A DNA stretch of 61,505 bases from Alphaproteobacteria bacterium (GCA_035625915.1 DASPOR010000122.1:1-61505), one strand, 5' to 3'; counted from the stretch's first letter, positions 1 through 9,758 are shown. A program made the numbers and translations. Notes: generated by a model not told the origin, from the sequence alone.

Positions 1-579
1 CCGCAACTCGAAGGTCGCTGCATTCACCTTGTCGGCATGGATCACGGATTCGCCGGCTTCGTCGACCTGTCGGATCCAAAGGCCGTTCTCCGATGTCGCG
101 AAAATGCTGACGGCTCCCTTTATGTATTTGCTTTCCATCGCCTCGTAGCGGAACAGCATTGCCGAGGCGACCGGATTGATCACGGCGATCTTGATCACGC
201 CCAGTGTCATCGCGCACAGCACGACCGGCATGATGAACTGCCACACCGAGACGCCAGCCGAGCGCATGATGACCAGTTCCTGGCTGCGCGTAAGCCGCCA
301 GAAGGTCAGCATGCTTCCGAACAACACGGCGAACGGCATGATTTGAAGGGCGAGATGCGGCTGCTTGAGGAGCGACATCGTCAAGGTGATCTTGAACGTG
401 ACCCCTTCGCGCCCGATGGTCCGCCGCAACATCTCGACCAGATCGAACAGGAACGAGATCGCCATGAATGCGGCAAGCAACATCAGGAATGAGGCGATAT
501 AAGTGCGCAGCAAATAGAAGCCGAGCGTCAACGGCAGGCGAATCCTGGGCGTCGGTGCGGCGAGTGCCGCGATGCTCAT
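1..579 (-). CDS. lptG: LPS export ABC transporter permease LptG (runs off the left edge)
   Basis: Manual translation from ATG at 579: MSIAALAAPTPRIRLPLTLGFYLLRTY...FDLVEMLRR...QIMPFAVLFGSMLTFWRLTRSQELVIMRSAGVSVWQF, the typical LptG/YjgQ pattern. GGAG RBS upstream. Absent from the ORF track because it is truncated. Confidence 0.88.
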   Translation of the reverse strand, partial: MSIAALAAPTPRIRLPLTLGFYLLRTYIASFLMLLAAFMAISFLFDLVEMLRRTIGREGVTFKITLTMSLLKQPHLALQIMPFAVLFGSMLTFWRLTRSQELVIMRSAGVSVWQFIMPVVLCAMTLGVIKIAVINPVASAMLFRYEAMESKYIKGAVSIFATSENGLWIRQVDEAGESVIHADKVNAATFELR

Positions 580-635
580 GCCGCTTTCTCCATCGTCGGC
601 TCGCCTGCTGGTATCGCGTCGGTCACCGGATATTC

Positions 636-661
636 CTAGTCTGACGGGCTCGCCACACGAG
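636..661. repeat. Collapsed copy of the CT(A/C)GTGTGG-ended palindromic element
   Basis: CTAGTCTGACG-ggct-CGCCACACGAG. The reverse complement of 645-661 matches 38213-38229 at 16/17 nt. Confidence 0.6.
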
Positions 662-747
662 CGCTTTTGCCCTTCGATCGCCCGCGTCCCAAGCAATCAA
701 CGCAACCCACTTGCTGCTGTGGCACTGAGCGGCTCGGCGGCAGGGAT

Positions 748-777
748 TTTATAGGGGAAACCCCGCCGTTGCGGCAA
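748..777 (-). promoter_or_regulatory. Candidate sigma70 promoter for lptG
   Basis: TTGCCG-N18-TATAAA on the minus strand, ~170 nt upstream of the lptG ATG. Confidence 0.4.
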
Positions 778-850
778 ACGTTTCTTTTCCAGCCATTTAG
801 ACGCCCCCATCCGAAAGCCGACGTTTCGAATGGTGGCGACATTTATCGAA

Positions 851-1873
851 TCACTGGCCTTCGAGCGCTTGTATCCCGACCCGGTCGTCGCCCGAGGGCA
901 GCGGTGCACGCGGATCATCGACCCAGTGAAGCACATCCTCCCACAGCGTCTTTGCCTCAAGATCTCGCAACAGCATGTGATAGCCCTTGGGATAGACGGC
1001 AATGGTGCGAGGGGCTGTCGGGAAGGGCGGCAGGTGCTCGATCATGATCAGGGTCGGATCCTTGGGGATGACCTCGTCGTGCTCGCCGTAGAGGATGAGC
1101 ACGGGAACGCCGTCGAGCTTCGGCGCTACCGCGAGGGCGTCGTCCATCAAATTGACAAGCCCCCAAATCGCGTCGATGCGCGTCTCCTTGATGACGAGAG
1201 GGTCGCGCGAGAGTGCGACAAGCATTTCGCGGTTGTCGGATGGCGTGATGTCGAGCCCCTTTCCCGTGACCGTCCACCAGGGCACGGTATGCGCCGAGGC
1301 CCAGAGCGCCACCTGCTTGCCGATATCCATTGTCGTGCGCCCCCAAACGGCGGGTGCCGAAAGAATAACCCCATCGACCTTCGGCCGATCCGGTCTCGCC
1401 ATCGCGGCCATGACCACCGCACCACCCATGCTTTCGCCGAGTAAGTAGAGCGGTGTGCCTGGATAACGCGCGTGAAGGAGACCGACCATGGCATCGAGAT
1501 CGCCGACCAGCGTCGCCTCGCCGGGCCAGTAGCCCGGATGAGGGGCCCGACCGAACCCGCGTTGATCGTAGGCGTAAGTGGCGATCCCGTGTTGCGCCCA
1601 CCATGCCCCCGGCATCGCGAAGGCGTTTGCGTAGTCGTTCATGCCGTGGAGTCCGAGGATGACGGCTTTGGGTGGATCGCCCTGTGGCACGTCAGGAAGC
1701 CAACGCTGGATCGGAAGCTTGGCCCCATCGCTTGCGACGTATTCGTCCGCTGCCAATGCGGGAGTGGACATCGCTTCGCCGGCCGGCTCCACGCGAGGGG
1801 CGCAGGCCGTGAGTGCGATGAAGGCGCAGATTATCGAGATGCTTCCGAAATGGGACGTCCGCGAAAATTTCAT
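851..1873 (-). CDS. Alpha/beta hydrolase, lysophospholipase (PldB-like), probable lipoprotein
   Basis: LHGMND, YDQRGFG, nucleophile elbow GESMGG, HDEV and YHM triad positions; lipobox-like LTAC after a hydrophobic N-terminus. Confidence 0.85.
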   Translation of the reverse strand: MKFSRTSHFGSISIICAFIALTACAPRVEPAGEAMSTPALAADEYVASDGAKLPIQRWLPDVPQGDPPKAVILGLHGMNDYANAFAMPGAWWAQHGIATYAYDQRGFGRAPHPGYWPGEATLVGDLDAMVGLLHARYPGTPLYLLGESMGGAVVMAAMARPDRPKVDGVILSAPAVWGRTTMDIGKQVALWASAHTVPWWTVTGKGLDITPSDNREMLVALSRDPLVIKETRIDAIWGLVNLMDDALAVAPKLDGVPVLILYGEHDEVIPKDPTLIMIEHLPPFPTAPRTIAVYPKGYHMLLRDLEAKTLWEDVLHWVDDPRAPLPSGDDRVGIQALEGQ

Positions 1874-2886
1874 CCGCGTCCCACGGTGCGGATCTTATCG
1901 GCGGGCGGGCGTTCGCGCGTGATTTCAAGGAAGAGATCCTCGAGATCGGCTTCCGTCGTCGTGAGGTCGGCGATTCCGAGGCTTGCGTCGCGCAGCCCCG
2001 TGAGGATGTCGCGGATGCGCGTTTCGCTCGGCCGATAATGGAAGACGAGGCGGCGCGCGCCGATGAGTTCGACGTTGAAGGCGGCAAGTGCTGGCGGAAT
2101 CGCCGCCAGATCCTGCGTCAGGATGACCGAAAGCTCTTTGCGGTCGAGCTGCCGGATAAGCGCGTCCTTGGCGTCGCACGCGATCACCCGGCCGTGATTG
2201 ATGATGGCGATACGGTCGCAGAGCTGCTCGGCCTCCTCGAGATAATGAGTGGTGAGCAGGATCGTCGTACCCTGACGATTGAGTTCCTGAACTTGCGACC
2301 AGAGTTGCCGGCGAAGCTCGACGTCGACACCTGCGGTCGGCTCGTCGAGCACGAGGATCGGCGGGCTGTGGACCATGGCCTTCGCGACCATGAGCCGTCG
2401 GCGCATCCCGCCCGAGAGCGTGCGCGCATAGGCATCGGCCTTGTCGCGGAGGCCGACGATCTCCAACACTTCGTCCGTCCGCCGCTCCGGGGCGGGTATT
2501 CCATAGAGTCCGCCATGGAGGTCGAGCAGTTCCCGTGGCGTGAAAAAGGCATCGAGATTGAGCTCCTGGGGCACCACGCCGATTGCCGCACGGGCGTTTC
2601 TCGGCTCCTTGTCGATGTCGATGCCCCATACCCGCACGTGGCCCGCGGATTTAAGGACGAGGCCCGCCAGGATGTTGATGAAGGTTGATTTGCCAGCACC
2701 GTTCGGCCCGAGAAGCCCGAAAAGGGAGCCGCGCGGAATCTTGAGGCTTACGTCATTGAGTGCGTGGACCGTCGAACCTCTTCCACCGCGTGCGTTGGCG
2801 CCATAAACCTTGTCGAGGCCCTCGGCCTCGATGGCGAAATCCGGAAGGGGCTGGGTCTCGTTCGACGGTGCGGCAGGGGCAGCCAT
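1870..2886 (-). CDS. ABC-2 type transporter ATP-binding protein
   Basis: Walker A GPNGAGKS, signature LSGGM, Walker B LVLDEP, H-loop TTH. Confidence 0.92.
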   Translation of the reverse strand: MAAPAAPSNETQPLPDFAIEAEGLDKVYGANARGGRGSTVHALNDVSLKIPRGSLFGLLGPNGAGKSTFINILAGLVLKSAGHVRVWGIDIDKEPRNARAAIGVVPQELNLDAFFTPRELLDLHGGLYGIPAPERRTDEVLEIVGLRDKADAYARTLSGGMRRRLMVAKAMVHSPPILVLDEPTAGVDVELRRQLWSQVQELNRQGTTILLTTHYLEEAEQLCDRIAIINHGRVIACDAKDALIRQLDRKELSVILTQDLAAIPPALAAFNVELIGARRLVFHYRPSETRIRDILTGLRDASLGIADLTTTEADLEDLFLEITRERPPADKIRTVGRG

Positions 2887-3060
2887 GGTCGGGGCGGGTG
2901 CTACCCAATGGTTCGCGTTGGAAATGCGCCGGATCCGGACAGGGCCGGTACCGGGCCGAATCTTGCGGTTGAATGTCGGCGAGCAATGGGTATCATCCGC
3001 CCGCGGCTATGGCAATGGAATAGCATTGCCGCATGGCTTCCCGGAACGAGGACAGGACGC

Positions 3061-3252
3061 ATGGTCCAGGCACCCGCGGCCCCCGAGATCATCGAGGTCG
3101 AGACGACGGAAGTTTCCTGCGATGGTGGCGAGGGTCCGCTCGGCCATCCGCGCGTATTCCTCAATATGGGTGACAAAGGGCAAGTCGAGTGCCCCTATTG
3201 CGACCGCCTTTTCAAGCTGAAGAACGGTGCGGCAGCTTCCGGCGAGCATTGA
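3061..3252 (+). CDS. zf-CHCC zinc-finger protein (NDUFS6-like)
   Basis: VSCDGGEGPLGHPRVFL...CPYCD (C-H-C-C); AGGA RBS before ATG 3061. Confidence 0.88.
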   Translation: MVQAPAAPEIIEVETTEVSCDGGEGPLGHPRVFLNMGDKGQVECPYCDRLFKLKNGAAASGEH

Positions 3253-3312
3253 CTTCGGAGCCCATCGGCTAAGCCCCTCGACTCCCGCGGACAGTTCCGG
3301 CATGTTCGGCGC

Positions 3313-6180
3313 GTGAACGCGTCGAGAAAATCCGCCGCTCAATTCAAGCCGCGCCATGTTTATCTGGTCGATGGCTCGGGCTACATTTTCCGCGCCTATC
3401 ATGCGCTCCCGCCCATGACCCGGCCGGACGGCACGCCCGTCAACGCGGTCTACGGCTTCACCAACATGCTCATCAAACTTTTGAACGACTCGGACGCCGA
3501 TTGCATTGCCGTGATCTTCGATGCCGGGCGCGAGACGTTCCGCAATGAAATCTATCCGCAATACAAGGCGAACCGCCCCGAAACGCCGGAGGAGCTGATT
3601 CCGCAATTTCCGCTTGTGCGCGAGGCTGCCCGCGCCCTCAATCTCGCGTCGATCGACCAGCCGGGTTATGAGGCCGACGATTTGATCGCCACCTACGCAA
3701 GGCTCGCGCGCCAAGCGGGCGCCAAGGTCACGATCGTCTCTTCCGACAAGGATCTGATGCAGCTGGTGAGCGACGGGATCGGCATGCTCGATCCCATGAA
3801 GCAGAAGCCGATTGGGCCGAACGAGGTTCATGAAAAATTCGGCGTGTCCCCGGAGAAGGTGGTGGATGTGCAAGCGCTCGCCGGAGACTCAACGGACAAC
3901 GTGCCCGGGGTGCCCGGCATAGGCGTGAAGACCGCCGCGCAGCTCATCACCGAATATGGCGACCTTGAAACGCTTCTCGCGCGCGCGGGCGAGATCAAAC
4001 AGCCGAAGCGGCGCGAATCCCTGCAGCAATTCGCCGAGCAGGCACGGATTTCGCGCCGTCTCGTCGAGCTCAAGAACGACGTGCCGCTCGCCGTGCCGCT
4101 TGAAAAATTGACGTTGCGCGCGCCCGACCGCGACAAGCTCGTGGCATTCCTGAAGGCGCAGGCGTTCCGCTCGCTTCTTGCGCGCATCGAGGGTGCTTCG
4201 GGCGCTGTCGCGGGTGCTGGCGCCAAGTCGGCCGAGGCAACGCCGGACAGGGGCGCTCTCGAGAGGCCAGCGCCAAAGTCCGAGGTGCGCAAAACAGCGC
4301 GGACGACGGAACCCTCCGTAGGAGACGCCTACGAACTGGTGCAGACCATGGCCGCCCTCGAAGCGTGGATCGCGCGCGCGCAAGATGCCGGTCTTGTCGC
4401 ATTCGATACGGAGACCACGTCGCTCAAGGCCAACGAGGCGGAGCTTGTGGGCTTTTCGCTTTCGGTCGAGCCGGGCAAGGCGTGCTACGTGCCGGTCGGT
4501 CATCGCGCGCCGGCACGTCAGGGGACGTTCGATCTCGGCGAGGGTGCCAAGGCGGCCGACGAGATGGGTGGACCCAATCAACTGAAACGCGATCTTGCGT
4601 TGAAAGCCATCAAGCCGCTTCTCGAAGACCCGAGCGTTCTCAAGATTGGCCACAACATCAAATACGACATGGTCGTCCTCCGCAAATACGGCGTCGAGAT
4701 CGCGCCGATCGACGACACGATGCTGATGTCCTATGTGACCGCGGCGGGACTCCACGGCCATGGAATGGACGAGCTTGCAAAGCTCCATCTCGATCGCGAC
4801 ACGATCAAATACAAAGATGTGACGGGCACCGGAAAGGGTCAGATCGGCTTCGCCGAAGTCGCGCTCGACAAGGCATGCGAATACGCTGCCGAGGACGCGG
4901 ATGTAACGCTTCGTCTCCACGGCGTGCTCAAGCCGCAGCTTCTGGCCGATCGGCTCGTGAGCGTTTACGAGACCATCGAGCGTCCACTCGTGCCGATCCT
5001 TGCGGGCATGGAAGCCGAGGGGATCAAGGTCGACGTGGAGGAGTTGCGCCGCCTTTCCGAGGATTTCGCACTCCGGCTCCGCGATCTCGAAAAGGCGATC
5101 CACAAGCTTGCGGGCGAGACGTTCAACGTCGGCTCGCCGAAACAGCTCGGCGAAATCCTTTTCGACAAGATGAGCCTCGAAGGCGGGAAGAAAGGCAAGA
5201 CCGGCGCCTATGTCACCGACGCGGACGTGCTCGAGGACCTCGCCGCACAAGGGCATGACCTGCCGGCGCGCGTTCTTGATTGGCGCCAGCTCCAAAAGCT
5301 GAAAAGTACTTACGCAGACGCGCTCGTTGAGGAGATCAACCCGAGAACCGGGCGTGTGCACACATCCTATGGCATGGCGATCGCCTCGACCGGACGGCTA
5401 TCGTCGACCGAACCCAACCTCCAGAACATCCCGGTCCGAACCGAGGAAGGCCGGCGCATTCGCCGTGCGTTCGTGGCCGACAAGGGCAACAAGCTCGTCT
5501 CGCTCGACTATTCCCAGATCGAGCTTCGATTGCTCGCCCATGTGGCGCACATCGAAGCCCTCGAACGCGCCTTCAAGGAGGGGCTCGACATCCACGCGCT
5601 CACGGCGAGCCAGGTTTTCGGCGTGCCGGTCGAAGGCATGGACCCGATGGTGCGACGCAAGGCGAAAGCGATAAATTTCGGCATCATCTACGGCATCAGC
5701 CCCTTTGGCCTCGCCCGTCAGCTCGGCATTCCCCAGGGCGAGGCCGCGGAATACATCAAGGCCTACTTCGCGCGGTATCCGGGCATTCGCGATTACACGG
5801 ACGGCACGAAGGACCGCGCGCGCAAGCAAGGTTTCGTGACAACGATCTTCGGACGGAAGATCCACACGCCGGGAATCAAGGATCCGAATCCGGCGCGCCG
5901 CAGCTTTTCGGAGCGTGCAGCGATCAACGCCCCCCTCCAAGGAGGGGCTGCCGACATCATCAAGCGTGCTATGATCCGCGTGCCCGATGCGTTGGCGAAT
6001 GCGAAACTCTCGGCGCGCATGCTTCTCCAGGTTCATGACGAATTGCTCTTCGAGGTGCGCGAGGCGGAAATCGAGCGGACGATCCAGATCGTGCGCAAGG
6101 TGATGGGAAATGCGGCGCATCTGCGAGTTCCGCTCGTGGTCGATGCCGGTGTCGCCGAAAATTGGGCCGACGCCCATTAA
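3313..6180 (+). CDS. polA: DNA polymerase I
   Basis: 5'-3' exo LVDGSGYIFRAYHA, 3'-5' exo FDTET, pol motifs DYSQIELR, KAINFGIIYG, QVHDEL; GTG start. Confidence 0.98.
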   Translation: MNASRKSAAQFKPRHVYLVDGSGYIFRAYHALPPMTRPDGTPVNAVYGFTNMLIKLLNDSDADCIAVIFDAGRETFRNEIYPQYKANRPETPEELIPQFPLVREAARALNLASIDQPGYEADDLIATYARLARQAGAKVTIVSSDKDLMQLVSDGIGMLDPMKQKPIGPNEVHEKFGVSPEKVVDVQALAGDSTDNVPGVPGIGVKTAAQLITEYGDLETLLARAGEIKQPKRRESLQQFAEQARISRRLVELKNDVPLAVPLEKLTLRAPDRDKLVAFLKAQAFRSLLARIEGASGAVAGAGAKSAEATPDRGALERPAPKSEVRKTARTTEPSVGDAYELVQTMAALEAWIARAQDAGLVAFDTETTSLKANEAELVGFSLSVEPGKACYVPVGHRAPARQGTFDLGEGAKAADEMGGPNQLKRDLALKAIKPLLEDPSVLKIGHNIKYDMVVLRKYGVEIAPIDDTMLMSYVTAAGLHGHGMDELAKLHLDRDTIKYKDVTGTGKGQIGFAEVALDKACEYAAEDADVTLRLHGVLKPQLLADRLVSVYETIERPLVPILAGMEAEGIKVDVEELRRLSEDFALRLRDLEKAIHKLAGETFNVGSPKQLGEILFDKMSLEGGKKGKTGAYVTDADVLEDLAAQGHDLPARVLDWRQLQKLKSTYADALVEEINPRTGRVHTSYGMAIASTGRLSSTEPNLQNIPVRTEEGRRIRRAFVADKGNKLVSLDYSQIELRLLAHVAHIEALERAFKEGLDIHALTASQVFGVPVEGMDPMVRRKAKAINFGIIYGISPFGLARQLGIPQGEAAEYIKAYFARYPGIRDYTDGTKDRARKQGFVTTIFGRKIHTPGIKDPNPARRSFSERAAINAPLQGGAADIIKRAMIRVPDALANAKLSARMLLQVHDELLFEVREAEIERTIQIVRKVMGNAAHLRVPLVVDAGVAENWADAH

Positions 6181-6201
6181 CGCCATCAAAGGAGGTGCGT
6201 C

Positions 6202-7032
6202 GTGAGCGTCCTTAAAGAAAAAGCCGAAAAGCTCCTGTCCCTGCACGCAGGGCCGAAGCTTCTGCTGCTGCCGAACGCGTGGGACGTGGCGAGTGCGGTC
6301 GTGCTCGTCCGTGCCGGTTTCCCAGCGATTGCGACGACGAGTTCGGGTGTTGCCGCTTCGCTCGGCTATCCCGATGGGCAGCGTATCAGCCGTGCGGAGA
6401 TGGCCGACGCGGTTCGCCGGATCGCGGGCCGCGTCGACGTGCCCGTCAGCGCCGACATGGAGGGCGGATACGGCCTCAATCCAGATGCGGTTGCCGAGAC
6501 GGTGCGCGCCACACTTCAAGCAGGTGCTGTCGGCGCCAATATCGAGGATGGAACAGACGATCAGAGAAGCCCGCTCATCGAATTCTCCCTCGCCGTCGAG
6601 CGTATTCGCGCGGCCCGCGAGGCAGCCAACGAGGCTGGAATACCCTTCGTCGTCAATGCGCGCACGGACCCCTATATGAGCCCCGGCGATAAGGGTGCCG
6701 CCGCTTTCGACGAAGCCGTCCGGCGCGGCAATGCGTTCCGCAAGGCGGGTGCCGATTGCATCTTCGTACCCGGTGTTGTGGATCGTGACCTCATCGCTCG
6801 CCTCGTCAAGGCGATCGATGCACCCGTGAATATCCTCGGCGGATTCAAGACTCCGCCGATCCCGGCACTGGAATCGCTCGGCGTTCGGCGTGTGACGGTC
6901 GGCGGCGGCTTGCAGCGCGCGACCATGGGCCTTCTCCAGCGCGCAGCCGAGGAATTGCGCAATGCGGGGACGTTCTCTTTTGCCGAGCATGCCGTGCCGC
7001 ACGCGGAGATGAACAAGATTCTCGCCCGCTGA
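6202..7032 (+). CDS. Isocitrate lyase/PEP mutase family protein
   Basis: PNAWD, TTSSGVA..LGYPDG, DMEGGYG, NIEDG, NARTD, GADCIFVP; AAAGGAGG RBS with GTG start. Confidence 0.88.
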   Translation: MSVLKEKAEKLLSLHAGPKLLLLPNAWDVASAVVLVRAGFPAIATTSSGVAASLGYPDGQRISRAEMADAVRRIAGRVDVPVSADMEGGYGLNPDAVAETVRATLQAGAVGANIEDGTDDQRSPLIEFSLAVERIRAAREAANEAGIPFVVNARTDPYMSPGDKGAAAFDEAVRRGNAFRKAGADCIFVPGVVDRDLIARLVKAIDAPVNILGGFKTPPIPALESLGVRRVTVGGGLQRATMGLLQRAAEELRNAGTFSFAEHAVPHAEMNKILAR

Positions 7033-7090
7033 CGCACGGCGCCCGCGCGAGCGGCGTCACTGCCGCCCGGCACGACGATACGCCCTGTCC

Positions 7091-7669
7091 CTACCAGTGG
7101 CGAACGGGCCCCACGTCGACATGGACGAAGCCTGCGCGCGGGTAATAGCCGACTCCACCCGCTTGCAAGTTCATCGCAAGCTCGCGCACGTGGGGCAAAT
7201 CCCGACCCGGCACGCGGAAATCGAGCGCCTGGCCTCGGAGATGGTAACTGTTGCGCGCATGCGTTCGGCCTTCGCGAACGAGTTCGGCGTTCGTCGCGGG
7301 CGAGCGATAGCCGCACACGACGTCGAGCCCCTTCTCCGTATTCAGCTTCGTCTGGATCTGGAACATGAGCTCGACAAGCCTGCGGTCCGTCGCGATCGTC
7401 CCGTCGGTGCGGTGATCGCGCAGCATCTTGTCGATATCGCGAAACGACTCCGGAACATACCGGCCATCGGCCCAAAAGGTCGAAGCAATGCTTTCGCCGG
7501 TATGAAGATTGTAGAGCTTGAGGGTCTTTTCTTTATCCGACGGAGTGATCCGTGCTAGCGCCCCCGTCGGCAGCAGTAGAGCGCAAGCTATTGCGCTCCA
7601 TCCGAGCAGATCTCGCCGTCGCACTCCTCGCACACGGCCGTTCCGCTCGCTTTCGCGATCGTTCGGCAT
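7091..7669 (-). CDS. YcbK/DUF882 peptidase M15 family (MepK-like), Tat signal
   Basis: Twin-arginine RRRDLL leader; LYNLHTGE, CGYRSPATN, SYHLRGQALD, GGVGYYP..FVHVD. Confidence 0.9.
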   Translation of the reverse strand: MPNDRESERNGRVRGVRRRDLLGWSAIACALLLPTGALARITPSDKEKTLKLYNLHTGESIASTFWADGRYVPESFRDIDKMLRDHRTDGTIATDRRLVELMFQIQTKLNTEKGLDVVCGYRSPATNAELVREGRTHARNSYHLRGQALDFRVPGRDLPHVRELAMNLQAGGVGYYPRAGFVHVDVGPVRHW

Positions 7670-7957
7670 TATCCACCCCCCTCTTGCGACGTCACCGTTT
7701 CTTATTCGAAGCCCGTGCCCGAGCTTCGTTCAATGTCGCAGGTCTTGGGATATTTTTTTCTGTCCCAAAACCGAATGAAAACCGTCATACACGAAGCGGA
7801 GAGAGATGACCAGGAACAATCCGGGGTATATGGAACGACAGGGGTGTCCGCACCCGAGACACGGTGCGCGCAAAAAAGCAAAGCGAGATATTCATCGGGA
7901 TTAGTCGCAGCTATTCACGTCGAGGATGAAAGATAGGGTGCAAAGTAAGCGCTTGTC

Positions 7958-9568
7958 TCAAGCAGCTGCGTGGATTCCGGCAGCCTTCACGCGCTCGTCC
8001 ACGTATGACTCGAACTGTTTGAAATTGTTCTCGAAGCGTTGGGCGACTTCGCGTGCGGTCCGATCATAGGCGCGCTTGTCCTGCCAGGTCTCCTTCGGAT
8101 TGAGTACCTCGCTTGGCACCTCGGGGCAGCTTCTCGGAATCGAAAGTCCGAATTCGTCGAGCCTGACGGTCGAAACCTGCGCGAGCCGTCCGTCAAGGGC
8201 GGCACGCACCATGGCGCGGGTATGCGCGATGTTCATTCGCTGTCCGGTTCCGTAGGCTCCACCCGACCAGCCCGTGTTGACGAGCCAGCATTTCACGTTG
8301 TGCTCGGAAATCCGCTCGCCCAGGATTTTCGCATAGACCGTCGGATGTCGCGGCATGAACGGCGCGCCGAAGCAAGTCGAGAACGTCGCCTGGGGCTCTT
8401 TGCCGAGGCCCTTCTCAGTGCCGGCGACCCGCGCCGTATAGCCGGAAAGGAAGTGATACATCGCTTGTTCGGAGCTTAGCCGGCTGATGGGCGGCAGCAC
8501 CCCGAAGGCGTCGGCGGTAAGCATGACGACGTTGTCGGGATGATGCGTGACTCCGGTTCTGCTCGCGTTCGGGATGAAGTCGATGGGGTAACTCGCGCGC
8601 GTGTTCTCCGTGAGACTCGCGTCGTCGAGGTCGAGGATGCGTGTCATCGGGTCGTAGACGACGTTCTCGAGCAGTGTGCCGAAGCGCCGAGTCGTGTCGT
8701 AAATTTCCGGCTCGGCTTGGGGCGAAAGGTGGATCACCTTCGCGTAGCATCCGCCCTCGAAATTGAACAGGCCCCGCTCGGACCAGCCATGCTCGTCGTC
8801 GCCGATCAGCGTGCGCGTGGCGTCCGCCGACAGCGTGGTCTTGCCTGTCCCGGAGAGCCCGAAGAAAATTGCCGCATCGCCTTTCGGTCCCACATTCGCC
8901 GAGCAGTGCATTGGAAGCACGCCGCGCGCCGGCAACAGGTAATTAAGCGCGCTGAACACGGACTTTTTGATCTCGCCCGCATAGGACGAGCCGCCGATGA
9001 GAACTGTGCGCTTCTTGAAATTAACGAGGATGAACGTTTCGGAATTAGTGTCGTGCCTGGCGGGATCGGCGAGGCAGCGCGGCGCGTGGATGACCGTGAA
9101 ATCGGGTGTGAAGGTTTCGCAGTGTGCCGCCGCGGGCCGGATGAACATGTTGTAGGCGAAAAGACTGTGCCACGCATTTTCGGTCACGACCCGCACGCGC
9201 AGGCTGTAACCCGAATCGGCCCCTGCGATGCAGTCCTGCACGAAAGCGTCCTTGCCCTCGAAATGGGCAAGTATGTGCTCGTGAAGAGCGTCGAATTGGC
9301 TCTCCCCGATCGGGCGATTGATTTTGCCCCACCAGATTTCGTCCTTGCTGTCCGACTCCTCGACGATGAATTTGTCATTCACCGAGCGGCCGGTGTGCTG
9401 GCCGGTCTCGACGATGAAAACGCCGCCCAAGCCGACAATGCCCTCGTCGCGGCGGATCGCCTCTTCGTAAAGAGCCGGGGATGTGAGGTTCCAATAGGCC
9501 GTCCGGATTTTTCGCAGGCCCTGAAGGCTCAGGCCATGATGACTGATGACCGGACCCACCTGCTGCAT
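7958..9568 (-). CDS. pckA: Phosphoenolpyruvate carboxykinase (ATP)
   Basis: TGRSVNDKF, YAGEIKK, FFGLSGTGKTTLS, LIGDDEHGW, NFEGGCYAK; start placed at ATG 9568 after GGAGGAAGG. Confidence 0.97.
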   Translation of the reverse strand: MQQVGPVISHHGLSLQGLRKIRTAYWNLTSPALYEEAIRRDEGIVGLGGVFIVETGQHTGRSVNDKFIVEESDSKDEIWWGKINRPIGESQFDALHEHILAHFEGKDAFVQDCIAGADSGYSLRVRVVTENAWHSLFAYNMFIRPAAAHCETFTPDFTVIHAPRCLADPARHDTNSETFILVNFKKRTVLIGGSSYAGEIKKSVFSALNYLLPARGVLPMHCSANVGPKGDAAIFFGLSGTGKTTLSADATRTLIGDDEHGWSERGLFNFEGGCYAKVIHLSPQAEPEIYDTTRRFGTLLENVVYDPMTRILDLDDASLTENTRASYPIDFIPNASRTGVTHHPDNVVMLTADAFGVLPPISRLSSEQAMYHFLSGYTARVAGTEKGLGKEPQATFSTCFGAPFMPRHPTVYAKILGERISEHNVKCWLVNTGWSGGAYGTGQRMNIAHTRAMVRAALDGRLAQVSTVRLDEFGLSIPRSCPEVPSEVLNPKETWQDKRAYDRTAREVAQRFENNFKQFESYVDERVKAAGIHAAA

Positions 9569-9758
9569 CGAACCTTCCTCCCGATTTTTAATTCGCAACC
9601 TTTGCGTCGCACTCGCGAAGGGGTTTGCAATCGAGCCGGCCACGCACGGAAGCCGCAACCTAAACTAAACATATGAGAGAAAATCTCGAATATGCAATGT
9701 AATTGAGGCGGCCGAGCGTTTCTGTCGCAACACCGTGGAAGCAGCGAAATCCACCGCG

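Noticed and set aside
3294-3307. LexA box upstream of polA (GTTC...GTTC)
   Set aside because: Spacer is 6 nt; the alphaproteobacterial SOS box needs GTTC-N7-GTTC.
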